DNA of 64,000 nt from Phoronis australis (lineage: Eukaryota; Animalia; Phoronida). Position numbers and translations under genes: made by a program. The notes beneath the pieces are model-generated. The model worked only from the letters and a program-made list of their open reading frames with translations. It searched no databases and was not told the DNA's origin. The DNA lies in contig NMRA01000476.1 of NCBI GenBank assembly GCA_002633005.1, positions 7,486 through 71,485 on the forward strand, in the 5' to 3' direction. Shown here one piece after another: positions 23,614-38,600 of the stretch (the stretch's first letter is position 1; the number at the start of each line of letters is the position of its first letter).

Positions 23614-26600
23614 GTAAGTCTTTTGTTTACTGACATAAATTTGCCTGTATATTTTCTTTGTCACCTGTCAAGCATTTGTCTTCGGTAGTGAATAGTTGGA
23701 CACTACTTGAATATTTCTAGCTCAATCATAAGCATGCGCCCTTTCAGTTTTAACATTTCTGAAACTATTTCACACTAACACCGCTGCAACTGTCCCAGAC
23801 AGTGTAGTAGACATTGCTGTTACTCATTGCTTAGAAAGAAAACTATCCTAAATACCACTCCATTGTATTTTAATAGTATAATTTGCTTGTTGAATAGTTT
23901 CATTACTGGTTTAGTCAAAACATGAATGAACTTGCGCTCTTATCTTGCCGAACTTGGATATGTCCTTCCTTCTGAATGAAACCAAGGTGTAACACATTTA
24001 ATGTTTTATGCAATTTATTGTTGAAATTATAGCAGGCTCAGTGAACAAAATATTCTTGTGGTCATATAATGACCACCTTCTGTTGCTGGCCTGTAGAGAC
24101 GGTGAAGCTCCTGAACAGACATGTTTTGTTATATTCTTGCTATCACCATGAATTAAATTTAAAGAATTTTCATAGCCACGTATTTCTTCACTTTTTCTAT
24201 CTATGCCATTGGTAAAAAGTCCACATGTGTAGGATGCTAGTATATTCTCCGTATTACATGGGCATAAGAGCAAGGTTCTACTGTTGCCTGGCTGAAATTC
24301 AAGCCAGTAAGAAATCTTGCTTGTGGGAAGTGTGGCATATCTAAACTTGTTACCTCATTTAGCAAGGAATTTATTGAACCTGTCCAGAGTTGCAACCTGC
24401 TTCCCTAACTTGTGTTCAAGCCTGGGAGCTCCTTTGCCCCAGAACAACTGTTAAAAGGCATTCCTGTGACCACTTGTTCAGTTATAAATTATAAATTTGA
24501 CACATAGCCAACCATCTGTTGACTATTGAGGCCTCACATGCTTTGAGTAGCATGCGATATGTTGTTCTCTTTCTTGATTTTCCATAATCTCGCTTCATTT
24601 ATTTAACTATATATTTCTGCTGAGTGAAACTCTCCATCCAGTCATGATTTGGTGGTGATTTTGTGTGCGTTAGATCTTGGATAATGCAGGCTCAACTCAC
24701 TAAACTTATACACTACCCAAGTCCATTCATAAAATGACTTGTGTAACATGTTTCAAAGATTGTCAGTTGTTTTATGGACAGTTCATACTTGACCAGTGGC
24801 ATGGGGTTCTTGATAATCAAAACTGACCACTCTGAAATCTGGCACCTGCTGTGAATTTGTGAATGGTAGCTATAATGATCCACCCAGTTTCCTCCCAGTA
24901 ATTGCCCAGTTATTCAATGTCCAGGCAGTAATGTTCCCAACCCTGCTGCTCTAATGATGGCTCAAGTGAATAGTATCAGTCTAAGTGTTTGTTTATAGTT
25001 GAAGCACCTGGCACTGGCTTACTACTAATATTGTGTCTGGCTGCCAGTTGTATTCACTGGCTCAGTATCCCTAAAGTTTGATTGGTTTGGCCTACTGCAG
25101 TCTCTTGTTTGAGTAATGGGAAAATTTTCCTTATTTGGATAATGGATGTCACATGACTGAGCCCAGTTGGTATTGTTTCATGTACGCATTATAACTAACA
25201 GTAAATTTAGAATCAGTTTAACTGAGATCCATCCATAATCCATGATTATTTCGGTGTCAAGTAAATGTTTCCATATGTCCCTTACTTTGTTGAGCACTTA
25301 AAATACAGTAGGTGAAAATTTCAAAACAAAATCTGTTCTGAGAAAAACAACTATGAGTCAGGTGTTATTTGAATATTGAGTAGGTTGGCACTAACTACAA
25401 TTAAAGTGACACCAACTCCCACACATGCGTGGCATTTACCCACTTATCCTTTTCAAAAGTAGATGGGGAGGACAGACAACTCTGAACAGGTCTGTTACAC
25501 TGTTTAATGGAACAATTACCTTTTGCTAACCCTTTGTCATTTTGTGAGTATGTCTCCTTCCTCAACAGGGTGATTAGCAGGTGCAGCTTTTGATAAAATA
25601 AAGCGGGTCATGGGAGGGGGGTGTGAGACGTTGGGCAGTTGCTTTTAGGTTTAACAGACATTTTTGAAAGTGTTGGTAGTAAATCTGTAATTTGAAATGT
25701 TACGATAAAGCGAAAATAAAACCCTGTTTTGAAAATACATTGTTTGAATGAATGTCGTGACATTTCTTTTGATTTTGTAGTTATCATATCCCCTGTGACC
25801 ACTGATTGTGATTGCCATAAATGAACTCATGTACTTTAGTTTGATATTGAATTTGGCATTATGCAAGGCCATTTAATTGCCCATCAATTGGTTCTTGGTT
25901 ATTGCTTTCAAGGTGGTGTAGCATGTCTCTAGAGTTAGAACGAATGCGGATGTTTCTTGCAAATCATAATCCTTTGGATGAAGGTTTAGCAATTGTAGGG
26001 ATTTTATGAGAATTTCTCACATAAAAGTCCTTTTCCATGGCTATAGGATTTGTCTTTATTGATCAGCAGCTCTGCTCAGTTAGGTTATAAATGGAAGCTT
26101 ATCCTTCAGAAAACTCCTTTGAACACTATTACAGTTTTGTTCCATTCTGTGTCATGGTGAGGTCAGCTTTCAAAAGCTGACTTATACTTTTTGCCCAAAT
26201 ACAGTTTTGTTCCATTCTGTGTCATGGTGTCATACTTTTTGCCCAAATGTTTTTCTCTATGAGTGAACTTTTAAGTTTGACCAACTTCCTTTCTTGCATC
26301 ACCTACCACCAACAAATTCCACTTTGATGCTAGCCAAACAATCTAGCTTTCATTTCCATTAAACGTTATATAATTTGGCAAAACATTGGGCAGATATCAA
26401 ATAACAATCTATTTTCTCTCAATGTCATCCACTGGCATTGGAAAAGTGTGTCATTTATTTGTGTAATCGAGTGACTCATTCATGACACTTTGCAGTCTGT
26501 TGTTAATACAATCCCTTATTCTACCATTTACAGTTATGTAGTACATGCAAGTCAATCAATGTCCGTTAATCCTAGTTTTTTGTTGTTCTTGCTCATGCAG

Positions 26601-29600
26601 CGTGTTACCAGCTTATGTAGGGATACTGCTTGTTCCGGCCTTGAACCTGGCTAGTAGGAAAACTTGAAATTTTTCCTGCTATCACATTCTGACACCATTC
26701 TGATTGATATCCTACTGTCCATGTCTATTAATTAATATTTTTCTACCTGTGAGTGGATTTATCAGATCAGTGCCTAATCTTTGATAAGATCGTGTTCTCC
26801 CCAGGTATGTGTCCCGACACACAGTGGTGACAAAAATATTCCCTTCTGCAAACATGTCGGGTAAATCTTGATAAATTGTTGACTAATTGGGCAGATGATA
26901 TTAGGTGGGTGGGACAGATGATTTTTGAACATTACCTGTCAAATGTATTAGTCATCGATTATGGATACATGTATCATTTGAACTCCAAAACATATCCAGC
27001 TGGAAGCTGAACATTATGATTTTTTACTGTGGAATTATGATTCTCTTATTTTATAACTTTGTATGGTAGTTTGAGTATAACAAAACAGTCTTCTCTACTG
27101 TTCCCTGTTCCTGTGGTCTGCAACAAATTCATGTCCTGATTGTCAATGCAAACACTTACATGGTATAGTTGTGTATGTGTGCGACGTTATCAATGAAAAC
27201 TAGCGCATCATTATAGGAGGTAACTAAGATCTCACCTTTATACATGTTTGCCATTCTCAGTTGTCTCTAAAATAACCTGGACACTATCATCATCAAAGGT
27301 TCCGACAGTCATCATTTGCTCTAAATATACTCTGAAGTGTTGGATAAGTTGGTAATCAAAATGTAAACATCTGAATTAATTGTGGTTTTGACTTCTGAAA
27401 TAGAAACCTAGTTGAATGTCTTCTAGGAAGCCTCCTGAAGTCCCACTAGTTTTGAACCTGAATAGCGTACTGTTTGTTTGGATAGCTAATTCAGTTGAAG
27501 ATTTGCACAAAAGTGTTGTGGGTTTTGGGTACTGTTTAGGTAGTTAAGTCCATAACTTTGCCATGAATATGTCTGATGTCTCAGCGATAAATGTGCCCAC
27601 CCTTTGACAATCCTTTCACTCATGTCTTATAGTAATATTGATACTGGGGTCCGTGGAGGTGTAAATCTAAACACTTTGTAGTTAGGAATTGTATGGTCGT
27701 GTTTGCACACATGATTTTTGCATGGTTTGATGTGGCGTGTCCGACTCAGTGTCTCCGCGAGTGTCTGCACGTAAAATAGATGATAGTGACTCTTCATAAC
27801 TTAGCAAATAGAACAGAGCAATAGGGTTAATGTAGTGAGGGTTATGGCGCGACTCCATTACTTATTGGTACAGCTGATTAGGTCATAGTGAAAGTGTATT
27901 TAAAGTTACCTTTGTCAGAGGCGTGTATTTGTTTGTTTGCTGAATTAACCGTTAAAGTCCCATGCCTGTTATGTATACACGAGTGTTTTTAACTTGAGGC
28001 GTTTTGAACCCTGTAACTTCAATTGGCGACAGAAGTGTTTATTTTTGCATTTCGTTTTTCAAATGTTTATTTGTACATACTGGATGTTTAGCTGGAGTTA
28101 GCCTGCATTGCTTGTGCTGGTGTACTTGGTTGTTCAGTGCAGGACCAGTGGGGTTCACTAATCCTTTTGCAAATATATGATCAATAGTGAAACTATAATT
28201 CACACTTGTTAGTAGCAGAATGTCAATAACAGCATCACAAATCTACTTAATTTGCTTCACACAAACCAAGAAAATTACAATTATTTAGCTACTAATATTT
28301 CGACATTAAGCATTGTTACCATCAAATCAATAGAACATCGTAAGGTTTGATTTTGTGTGTATTTTTTCCTTTTTTTACCCATTTAATGAGGTGGTGTTTC
28401 CTGAGCGTTCCGTGCTGAACCTGTTTCCTGTTCCATTGATTGCTCGATTCAGTTTGCTGCACGTCATCGGATTTTGTCTATTTACAAGCATTGGTCGAGA
28501 AAATTCTAAAGAGAATACGCACTTGATAAACTAAATCAATACTTTCTCCTGCTCAAACACAAACCGTGGATACAGGAACCCTCTCAGTTTGAAGGTTGGT
28601 TCAGTTCAAGATCCCAGCAGCAAGAAGTGATCCAAAATTTCCTGTGCTACAGTTGTCAAATGGAGAGCCAGACAAATTTGTTTTGAAGCCAAATGGATGC
28701 TTCAGGCATCTATTTGTCCTGAAATGTAATTTAAGATGATGTGGACAATTTAAAAACAATCCACATTGGATTTGATAGCTATTTCACACACAAATGACTC
28801 TGAATGGTTGAATGTCCAATTCTCAGCATTTGCAATGATAGTCATCTTTCTCTCAGTTATTCCTCTCAGTTGAGGGTCAACAACTGATTTTATCTGTACA
28901 CTGAACCAGAATAAGAGACTGCCCAGCAGTGTCTATTTGACCAGTGACCTGTCCACTCAGTACTGCCATGTGTATTGGCATGGTCAGCCAGCTGGGACAG
29001 CAGCCACTATGATAACATCAGTGACATGTCAGTCAGAACTTCTCAGAATCTGCAAGGCTATGCTGGGTGAACTTACACCTTAGTGAACTTGTGTTTGGAA
29101 AGGGTAAGAAATGGCATAGTATTTGAATGTTCTAAGCTTAGCTCTGAAAATGGGCACAACATTTCTTGAATATATTTTCTCATTCAAATTTGTTCTTTTG
29201 ATACAAACAATAAATCAAATTATAGTGTGTAGGTGAATGGCAGCTTTTACACGCAACAAATTTTTGATATGTTTTCCTTTGTTTTGTTCATTGACGTTTT
29301 GATGTAACTTCAGATCCAAACTGTGTTAATTTTCTTTTATTTTCCTTTGCCTTGCAACTTTGATGACGTACATTGCATTGTTGGTCAGAATACTGAATCA
29401 GCTAAGTATGAGGTCTTTTAAATGTGTTCTACTGTTTGCCACAGTATGTTATTCTGATGATTATCAGAACATTTTCAAGTCGAATTACTGCAAAGAATTC
29501 TTTCAGGTTTTGCCAATCAAATTGCTGTGAACAGTTTTGGGCTATGGAGAAGGCCACCCACACACATACACACACACACACAGTGGCTAACAAATATCTC

Positions 29601-32600
29601 AGGGGTACTTTGTGGGTCTGCTGGCCTTATCAGCACTTGATCTTATCACATTGATCAGGGGTTATTGAAATCTTATGGTACATTTATTGTGTATTGTAAA
29701 TACATAGTGCCAACATTGTTCAACCACATTCAATGGATACCTGTCAATGTTACATCAGATAAGTGAAATAGAGGTATTTGTTTTTTTTTTGTGAGCCATT
29801 GACTGCTTTTAGTCTATGACTGCCAATCAATCCTGATGACAAGTTGTGGTATAAAAGCAGGTGTATTTTTTGTAATGTCATGTGATGAAGCATCTATTTG
29901 AATTCATTTTTGAGGAAGTAGAGGAAATTTGTTGGTTGACTTCTCGGATGATATATAGAACCTGCTAGAAACTTTATAATATCCAGAAGTGGAGTCTCTA
30001 CCTGGTATTTCACCCTCAGTAGCACACAAAGTGTGTTGAAATCTTGTGCTTACTGCAGTATCATAATCAAATGCACAGGCCAACATTGAATTTCTAGAAT
30101 TTTTAGGAATGACCGAATGACTAATAGTCAATGCAGTTAAGACTACACTACTATACTAGTACACATTTCCATGACACTGCCATGTCACTATATACTTTGG
30201 TGGCATTTGCTCAACAATAAGGTACCATGCAGTGGGCTGGACTGGAATTGTTTAGTGACCACATTTCTTGCTGGTTTCTGGTGTCAGAAGGACATCAGCT
30301 GACCTTGTTCCTTGAATGTCTCATAAGTATTGGTCACCTCTTTAGCAATGATGTTTGGGACAGCAGGATGCTGGGGAGAAGGGGAATGCTATCAAATTTG
30401 TTACGTCAAATGCACAAGCGCCACTTCCTACTACCATGATCTGACTCATTCTTTTCAGTATTTGAACAAAATCTGGGGTGCCGACTTTGTGTTCCAGTCA
30501 GCACTACCTAAAGTTTTTTCGTCAAAATTGCCCCAAGGTGCAACTATGAATTGCTGGTATAAAATTGATCCAAATACTTCATTGGCTGTTAGGGTGATGT
30601 ATGGATATTCATCCGGATTGATTATGTTTTCGTCGTAATATTGTTCAATTAACCTCCTCTGATATTTTCAATATTCACATATTGACATGTTCACAATCAC
30701 TCTTGAGTGTGAAAGTATCGGAGTTTTCATTGATGACTGCCTTGATACACAATTAGAAGTCATTTTACCATTGTTGCCAGAATAGTCACTTGAATTCCTT
30801 TTATTTCTTCTTAGCACTCAGACTTTTCTGTAATCAGTTAAGCAAAAAATCTTGCTGGTTTATTGATTTTTCCTGTAGTTTATGTTGTCTTGGAAACGTG
30901 TCTGTGGGCAAGTGTTTTGTTCATGACTAAGTTTTATACTATTCTCACTTGAATTCATTGGAAATCTGTGTAGGGATGCTCCTGCATTTTATTTCATTTT
31001 TTTCCGAACAAAGTGATTATTTGGTTATTAATAATATTTCTTGGTTTCAAAATAAATCTGTCAATTTATTCCCTTCAAGAAACCAAAGCAGCTCAAGTTA
31101 TCTAGTGCAATTTTAATTTTAAAATTTCATGTATAAATCTGACACTTCTTGAGTCAGACATAATTTAATTTCTGACGTGTTAGTTATCCGGCTGACATGT
31201 AATAGTTATCCGTTGACTCATTCCTTTTTATTGGCTTTATACATTTTTCTTGCCATGAGAGCAGCCAGCATTTCCTGTTTCAAAATAAAAATACACTCTT
31301 TTTGTTTGACAGTAATTAAATATATCCTCTTTCTGTGGCCAACTCAGTTCAAGAGACAATTAAATGCACAGGGCTCTTAAGTGTCACCCATGGCCAGGTT
31401 TGTTTGGACCAATTTTTATATCACTGATAAGAAAAGGCCTCGAGTATTGATCATTCACACAAATGGATGCCAAAAAGCAGACATGGTGTCACGAACGTAA
31501 CTCAACACGGTTACATTCTATTCGCTGCTGCGTTACACTTTGTTCACATGGAGTCCAGTTACATGCGCAGATCATTTTTTTTGCCTGATTGTTTTGTGAT
31601 TGTTCTTATCTGATTCTACTGTCAATTGCCATAGCTTGACCGGGTAGTAGGCTGACAAATTGGTACATAGCTTTTTAACCACCTGCACAAGAATGCATTG
31701 GACCGTTGCATTTCTGAGATGGTTTGATTCTTAGGGGATGAATGTCCACAAATACCTTTCATGGATGCCTTTTCAAAACCCTCCGATTTTGAACAAATCT
31801 ATGGCCATCCCGTGCATCATTTATTTGACCTATGTAGTTAAGACAATTTCACTTTGTCATCAATTTGTTGTGTTGTGTTATGTACTGTGGCACACTGGCT
31901 ACCCAGGGTCTCTTTTGAGTTTGCCTGGTGAGGAATTTCACTGTCAAGGCAGGTGTCATGACACGGCTATTAAACACAAGATCAGATAAATGTGTTGGCC
32001 AAGCTTTTATCAGTTGCATGAAGGTTATAGTGATAGAATTGTGTATTTGGCCAGGGGTAGTGATTGACAGATTCTGGGATGATCATCTGTGGCTCAGTAT
32101 GTGGTTGTTGCTGCAAGATACCCAGTAATGGTCTAAGATCACTGAATGCCTACTACGGGATGTCTTCAGCATGTCAGTCTGATTTGTATATCTCTGCTGG
32201 TGATAAGGTTCTGGCTTTAAACATGGAACTGCACTTCCAGCAGATGCATTTTTTGATGTTAAATCAGGCAACGGTTACTTGGTGCATTGAACTGACCATT
32301 CTAAAGACTATTTGATCCAACCCTGTATCAATTTCCTGCTCACACTGTTTGTAAGTTGGTAAATATTGAAACTGTGCTACACCATAATTTGTCTGTTTGA
32401 ACTATTGATGAGTTTGTATTGGATTTTCTGTGTTGGACATCTTGCAAGTTGTCACTCCTCTTCCGGGCACATCCAGTGTGGTTTGACGGGTTCACTCGTG
32501 CTCAACGAGCTGGATAATGAATATCATTTCATCATTAAATGGCAACCCACTCAAATTTAATACAGACCTTATTCCCAGAATTGCGTACAGACTAAAAAGT

Positions 32601-35600
32601 CCTTTCTGTATGAGAAGACTATATGTAAACACTTCCACTGACCGTGAAAATCTGATTGTGTCATATTTCCATGTTGTGGACAAAATTCTAACTGAGGCAA
32701 AACTTCTGCTGCGGCTGTTCTAGCAGTCATAATTGTTTCCATATCAGAATAGTCTGTACAAACTTAAGTACTCTCTACTAGATAAATTCAACATCTGATC
32801 ACACCAACTTGATTTTTGATTGTTAAATGTAAACTGAAGTGAATAAACACGTGATAAATATGCAGGTGTAATTCGTGCTGCGATGTGATCAGTCTAAATG
32901 TGTCAATGTCACCTGCATCATAACGAATGTATTTGGTTCCACTTGACTAGGCACCAGTTTGTGTGATACACTCAGGTGCAGGCAGTGACTTGTGTGGTGG
33001 AGTTTACTGCCTGTCAGATGCTTGGTAAGCTAATAACCACTGGGTAAATAAACAGTGCCACTTGCATTTTTGCAGTTCAACTGTGGAGTGTTGAATTTTG
33101 TAGATAACCATTAGTCAAAACAAATCATGGGCAAGTGCAAACTGTGACTATAAGTTGGATTAATTAACGGTGTAAATGAGATTTATGATGGACAAAAACT
33201 GAGCTTCAGGACAGTATCACTCATTTTGTTGCCATGTCCTCAAATCTTAAGCATTGTCAGGTGAATTCTTTGGTTTGTGTCAAAGTTAATTGATGCACAC
33301 CCAAACATCAGCAGATTACTGCCTATAGTTTCAATGAAAAGTCTTGTTTTATTTTGCACACTGGATTGTTTCTTGATAAAACTTGTACCTTATGCTCTCT
33401 TCTCGCATTCTTAACAGAATGGGCAAACTTGTTCAGCCACGATGCAGCCGCTCGCTTTACGGTATGCCGAGGACTTCAACACACACTGGAAGGATGTCAT
33501 GGAAAGAATGGACGACATCAAAAGAAAGAAGTTGATGTGCAGTGCAGATTCGGTGAGTACTTGTTGTCGTTTATGGTTTTCTGTATATGGTGGTCATGAG
33601 CAAGACGAAACCTTTACAAAGCTCTGTTCCAATGTGACATTATTTTGGTGGTTTGTTGTAATTGTAGTTTGGATTTTAAGGATGGGAGTCACATATGTCC
33701 CTGATGCCTGTGATGAGAAATTACAACAAGTTAAATTTTTTTTTTGTTAGAATGCTTTCATAAATTCCCAGTTGTCCTCATTATACTGCCATTGTATTTT
33801 AGCCAAAGAACACTAGCTCCCCCTCTTGGGATGTACACAATCAATGCACTGCACAGAGTTCACCGCGTGGTGTTGCTCCTCCACTCCCCTCTAGTCCACC
33901 GGTAAGTAAATCAATTGTGTGTTGCCGAGAATCTTGTCACAACTTGTTATAGCTTGTAAAGCCTCCTTTTTGTACCTGCTTCAGGGGTTTGATAACCGAT
34001 TTTCTTGATCAGCAACTAAATCTTCACTGCTTAATAACATGCTTTTACTGTCGTCATTATCAATCAATTTTTCCCCGCTTGCTCAGCTAATCACATTAGA
34101 GCTGTGCAGCTACTTTTTCCCAGTATACGCCCTCTAATTGATTTAGTCGCTGGACTGAAACTAATGCTTGAAAATCGAACACAGCAAAATTGACTTGACC
34201 CATTTCCGCCAATTGTGCCTGACTCGGTCCCTCTCTACAGTCTTCCTCGACAGCATAGTTATGTTAATTGATCACAATTAATCAGCATGTTATCTCTTGT
34301 CTGCCTAAAAGTGAGAATCAATGATGTGAATGAAAGAGGTGAATATTAATTAGGCAAATGTTGACCTCAGACACCGATGTCAGTTGATGCCCTAATGAAA
34401 GCAAATATCAAAGATGTTGTGAAACCTATGAATAGTGTCTTCACTTTGTGATGTTTTGACAACTGTTTGTCTTGTCTAAGTCTGTTTGTATTGTCTGAAA
34501 TGCGGAAGCAATTTTGTGATGTGTCCCCTACATTTTGTCTGCTACTTCTGTTTATTACCCCAAATTATAACTATTAGCGAACATTGATAACTGAAAGTGT
34601 TATAATACCTGTGAAACTCAAGGATAGAACGGGAATTCATCATTTCAACAGTCTATGCCCAATGGGTGTTGGCTGCCTGAAGGTTTTTGATGAAACGAGA
34701 GAGCTGTCAAAGCAGATTTTTGTTCAGTGTTTACACATCTGAGGGATAGGAGAGATCTGTGTCTTGAAATCTTATCACTGCTTGTTTCCCTGGTCACATG
34801 AATCACACTTTAGAATGGATTAAAAAGTGCCTTGGGCATAATCTTAAAACTACCCCTCAAGTCAGCAAGGGCTGACAACTCTAGATTGATGTCAGTTTTG
34901 AGTGCTGGGTCTACAATACACAGTCTTGTTCAGTAATCTTGTCTATTGTCAGAACAAGTGGCTCTTGGAGACACTGATACTTTCAAATACATAACTCTGA
35001 CTTGAGTTAAATTGTTTGACAAACATTTCTTTTCATGAATTTACCTGCAATGTCACCACCAAAGTGAAGTTAGGGGCCAGAATTAGACACATATTGGCAC
35101 TTACTTTCACACAAATGCCTTGCACTTCCCCTACCTTACGGGAGGCAGACGCATTAAATAAGTCTTTGCAAACCCTGTGTTTGTATTCTGTAGTATTTAC
35201 TTTTTGGATGAGTTGTCTGACATCCCAATACCCAGTGAATTGGCTACGATTAAATTTGTCTTTCAGGCACTGAATCTAAAGATAAAGCATTTCTAATTCT
35301 TTTTATTGATACAATTGTCCCAGTTTAACACTTGCTTACACTTCATGCTTTTGCATCACTGACAAATACATTTAAAGATTTTTTCTTTTTTCTGGTTTGT
35401 GTGCCTTTTGTGTCTGCAAAATAAGACATAGCTTACATTGTGGGAATTTTACTTTCACTGTTCATAGAAGAATTTGTCTGCCTAAAACTCAATTCCTTTC
35501 TCTTGCCTCGTGCTTGCCGTAGCATCTGAGCTATTCGTGGATATATAATGATGGCTACGACAGCCTTGAGGATGAAGTGCTCATTGTACACGCTGTAAGT

Positions 35601-38600
35601 CGCTTGGTGTGACCTCTGACTTCTGACATGACCCCTACATCAGGCTTTCTCCTCTCGACTTATTTGACTAAGCTTCATTTGAATTGGTTGTTTTGAAAAG
35701 GATTCAAATCAGAAAAAAAACAACTGTTTGGTGTGTTCAAGTTTCTCTGTATTCTTTTTTCGTTTTTGTGAGCTAGCCCAATTTTGTTATTATTTCATGT
35801 ACCCTGTCTTAAAACCAACTACTGTCTCTTTGATGTTGCTGCTTCTGACTTCTAATTGTGTAAAATTAAATATGTCACTGCAAAAGTTGTCTGAATCGTT
35901 TACATTTACGTTATGTGTACACTTCCAGTATAGCACAAAAACTTGCTGATTAACTGCAATTAAGGAATCTTAAGCTCGGTAAAATCTTTTCAGTGTAGAA
36001 TGCAATAAGGCGGACACGTGAAATTTTGCTTTTTCATTTTTCAAAAAAAAGCGCCAAACCGGTTGCTTTATATTTTAAGAGTTCTATACCATACCTACAA
36101 CCAGACAATGTTCTGAGAAGCTGTGGGGATTCTCAATAATGTTAAAAGCTTTTGAAAATGAAAAAAAGTATAAATTTTGGCAATTATTTTTGTCCAAATA
36201 TAGTGAGATATTATGCCTCTTGTATTTTTCCAGCAGTGGACCCACTCTGGTCAAGATGACGTATGTGCTCATGTCACACTACAGATTTATGTATATGTTC
36301 GACATGGCAAAGTGTTATTCATATACGGTATGTGCTTGGTATGGAACTCATGTAGAGTATCTTCTGATCATGCATTTTTCCATTTGCTTTATAGCCATCG
36401 TCAAGCCCCAGGGACTATACAATGCGGACAGTTTGCACCCCACGGTAAGTAATGCTCACAAACTCAAGGTGTGAAGAATGATCCAAATTTTACAGGGTTA
36501 TTCTGTAGTAGACATCCATTGGTGTCAGACAATGGCAGATTTATGTCAACATGGTGAAGGAGTTATTGATCCAAGACAGGTGCAACCATGCATTCAATGG
36601 GTTCAATTTGACTAAACCCATTATCTAATTTCAGATTCTGTTTGTGTTTATCTCTATTCTAATGTGCAATGTTGTTTGCACTTGAATATGAGCTACAAAC
36701 AGCTGATAGTAAGCAGCCTCACACAGATATCACACCTTTTCATGTTGTTGGGAACAATTTTCATTGAGTTCTGACAATGGGCAGGTGGGCTGTAGGCTAA
36801 TGAAATTTGATGCATCAGCACCTCACAATCAAATCCTGAAGGAGGCCTGTTTGCCAGAGTGCTTGCCAACATTCATTGACTAATTATCATGCTCTTGGCA
36901 CCTTATTGAGTAGATTTGTCTGTTCCTTTTGTTACTTCAGGGTTCACAAGTAAAGTCAATCAGGTGAAGTTAGCTTTGATTCTGATCAGGAGTGCTTTAG
37001 CATTGGCAGGTGGCCATTTGGAAGTATTGTGTTGTGGTTAGAGATTAAAACACCTTGATGGCCATTAGAGCTTTACAGGCAGTACATGTCAGCTGGAGAG
37101 ATGAGCGAAGACAATAATTGAGTGTGAAGACTGTTTGGGATTAGCAGCTAGTTTATACATAAATTGGGACAACCCTGAACTGTAACCATGGCCCCAGTTA
37201 TTCTCCTTGAGCATCATACATAATCCATTTGATTAGGGCAAAGATCTCTAAACTTTTTACCTTAGGGAGAATCCCCACCATATGTCTTTGTTTAGATTTG
37301 AGGGTGCTTTGTTTCTAGGAGCTTAATAACTCAGTTGTTAAAACAATTCTCCATCTAGCGTCTAATTATTTATTTGATTTGCCCAGAAGATTGCTTGCTA
37401 ACAATATAACCAATGAAAATTTAATCAAACTTGGAGATGGAACATGCCATAACCTTTTAGCGAATGCTTTATATGCCAACGATTTGGTTTCACACTTCAG
37501 CCACAGTGGGTCGTGTTACTGTTTTGACAGGTTGTGACATTGTTCAGTTTTCATAACACTAGTGAATTATACATTGTCACCGCTTTCTCTTTTGTATCTC
37601 CTGTGAGGAAAACTTTAAATTTCAACCTTGTCAAGAGCTTTGTCATTCACTAGTAGCTTAGGTTGTCTGCATAAAATTGCAACTTCAATTGTCAACCTGT
37701 TTACATTGCCAGGTTGTCATATTTTGGTAACACTAGACAGTGTTCACTCTTTAATATCCTTAGGCCACAGGCACTAATCTATCTGTTATCACTTGTGTGT
37801 TGGTAATATCAGTGCTTGGTGAAATATTCATGCAGTGTGTGTTGGCTTAAAGAGAACAGACAGTTTGTTGAAGACTTAGCTATATACTGTAAATTGTATG
37901 ACTCGAAATTGATTGACAGATTTATATTGAAGGTACATTTGATTTGATATTTTGCCACTTTTCTGTGCTTTGCATTATTACTAGATAGTAGCAGGGTATA
38001 TTCGAAGTTGCAGTGCTGTCATAAGACTTCAAGTTGTGTACACAATTCAACAAAATCTTGACAAACAAATCACACGTGTTGCATAGATCTGGATAAATTG
38101 ACAAAATTTTACCAAGCCTTCTCTCTCAGCCTGAGGTTTACTTAACTTTGTGTGAAACTGAAAGTGCATATTTTTATCCCAATCATACTCCTGTTGTTTA
38201 CGGGGATGTCACTCGGGTTACGTTTTTCAAACCTCTTGCACAATTCATTGTTGTCATTTTCCGATAATGGGCCAATCTTTCGCTTGAACACTTTTTTAGT
38301 AAAACTGATGACTTTAGTGATGTTGTCACCATTTCGGTTTCATATTTGTCTTGTAGTAGGCAAGGTGGGTCTTCTATGAGTCGTTAGAAGTGAACCTGAA
38401 GGGGAAGATGAAGTGTTCCTTGCTAGGAAGTGAAATGATTCGTAATTCTCTTCTACCGTTGCTTCAAAAAGTATTATAATTACAGTCTATGCACATTCTT
38501 TGTTTCCTCTGAAGATAATGATTGGAAATCAAGGAGCCCTTGTAATTAGTACTGAGTAACCGGAACTCATTTGATTGCTTGCTGTTGGGTGCAGTGGCAA

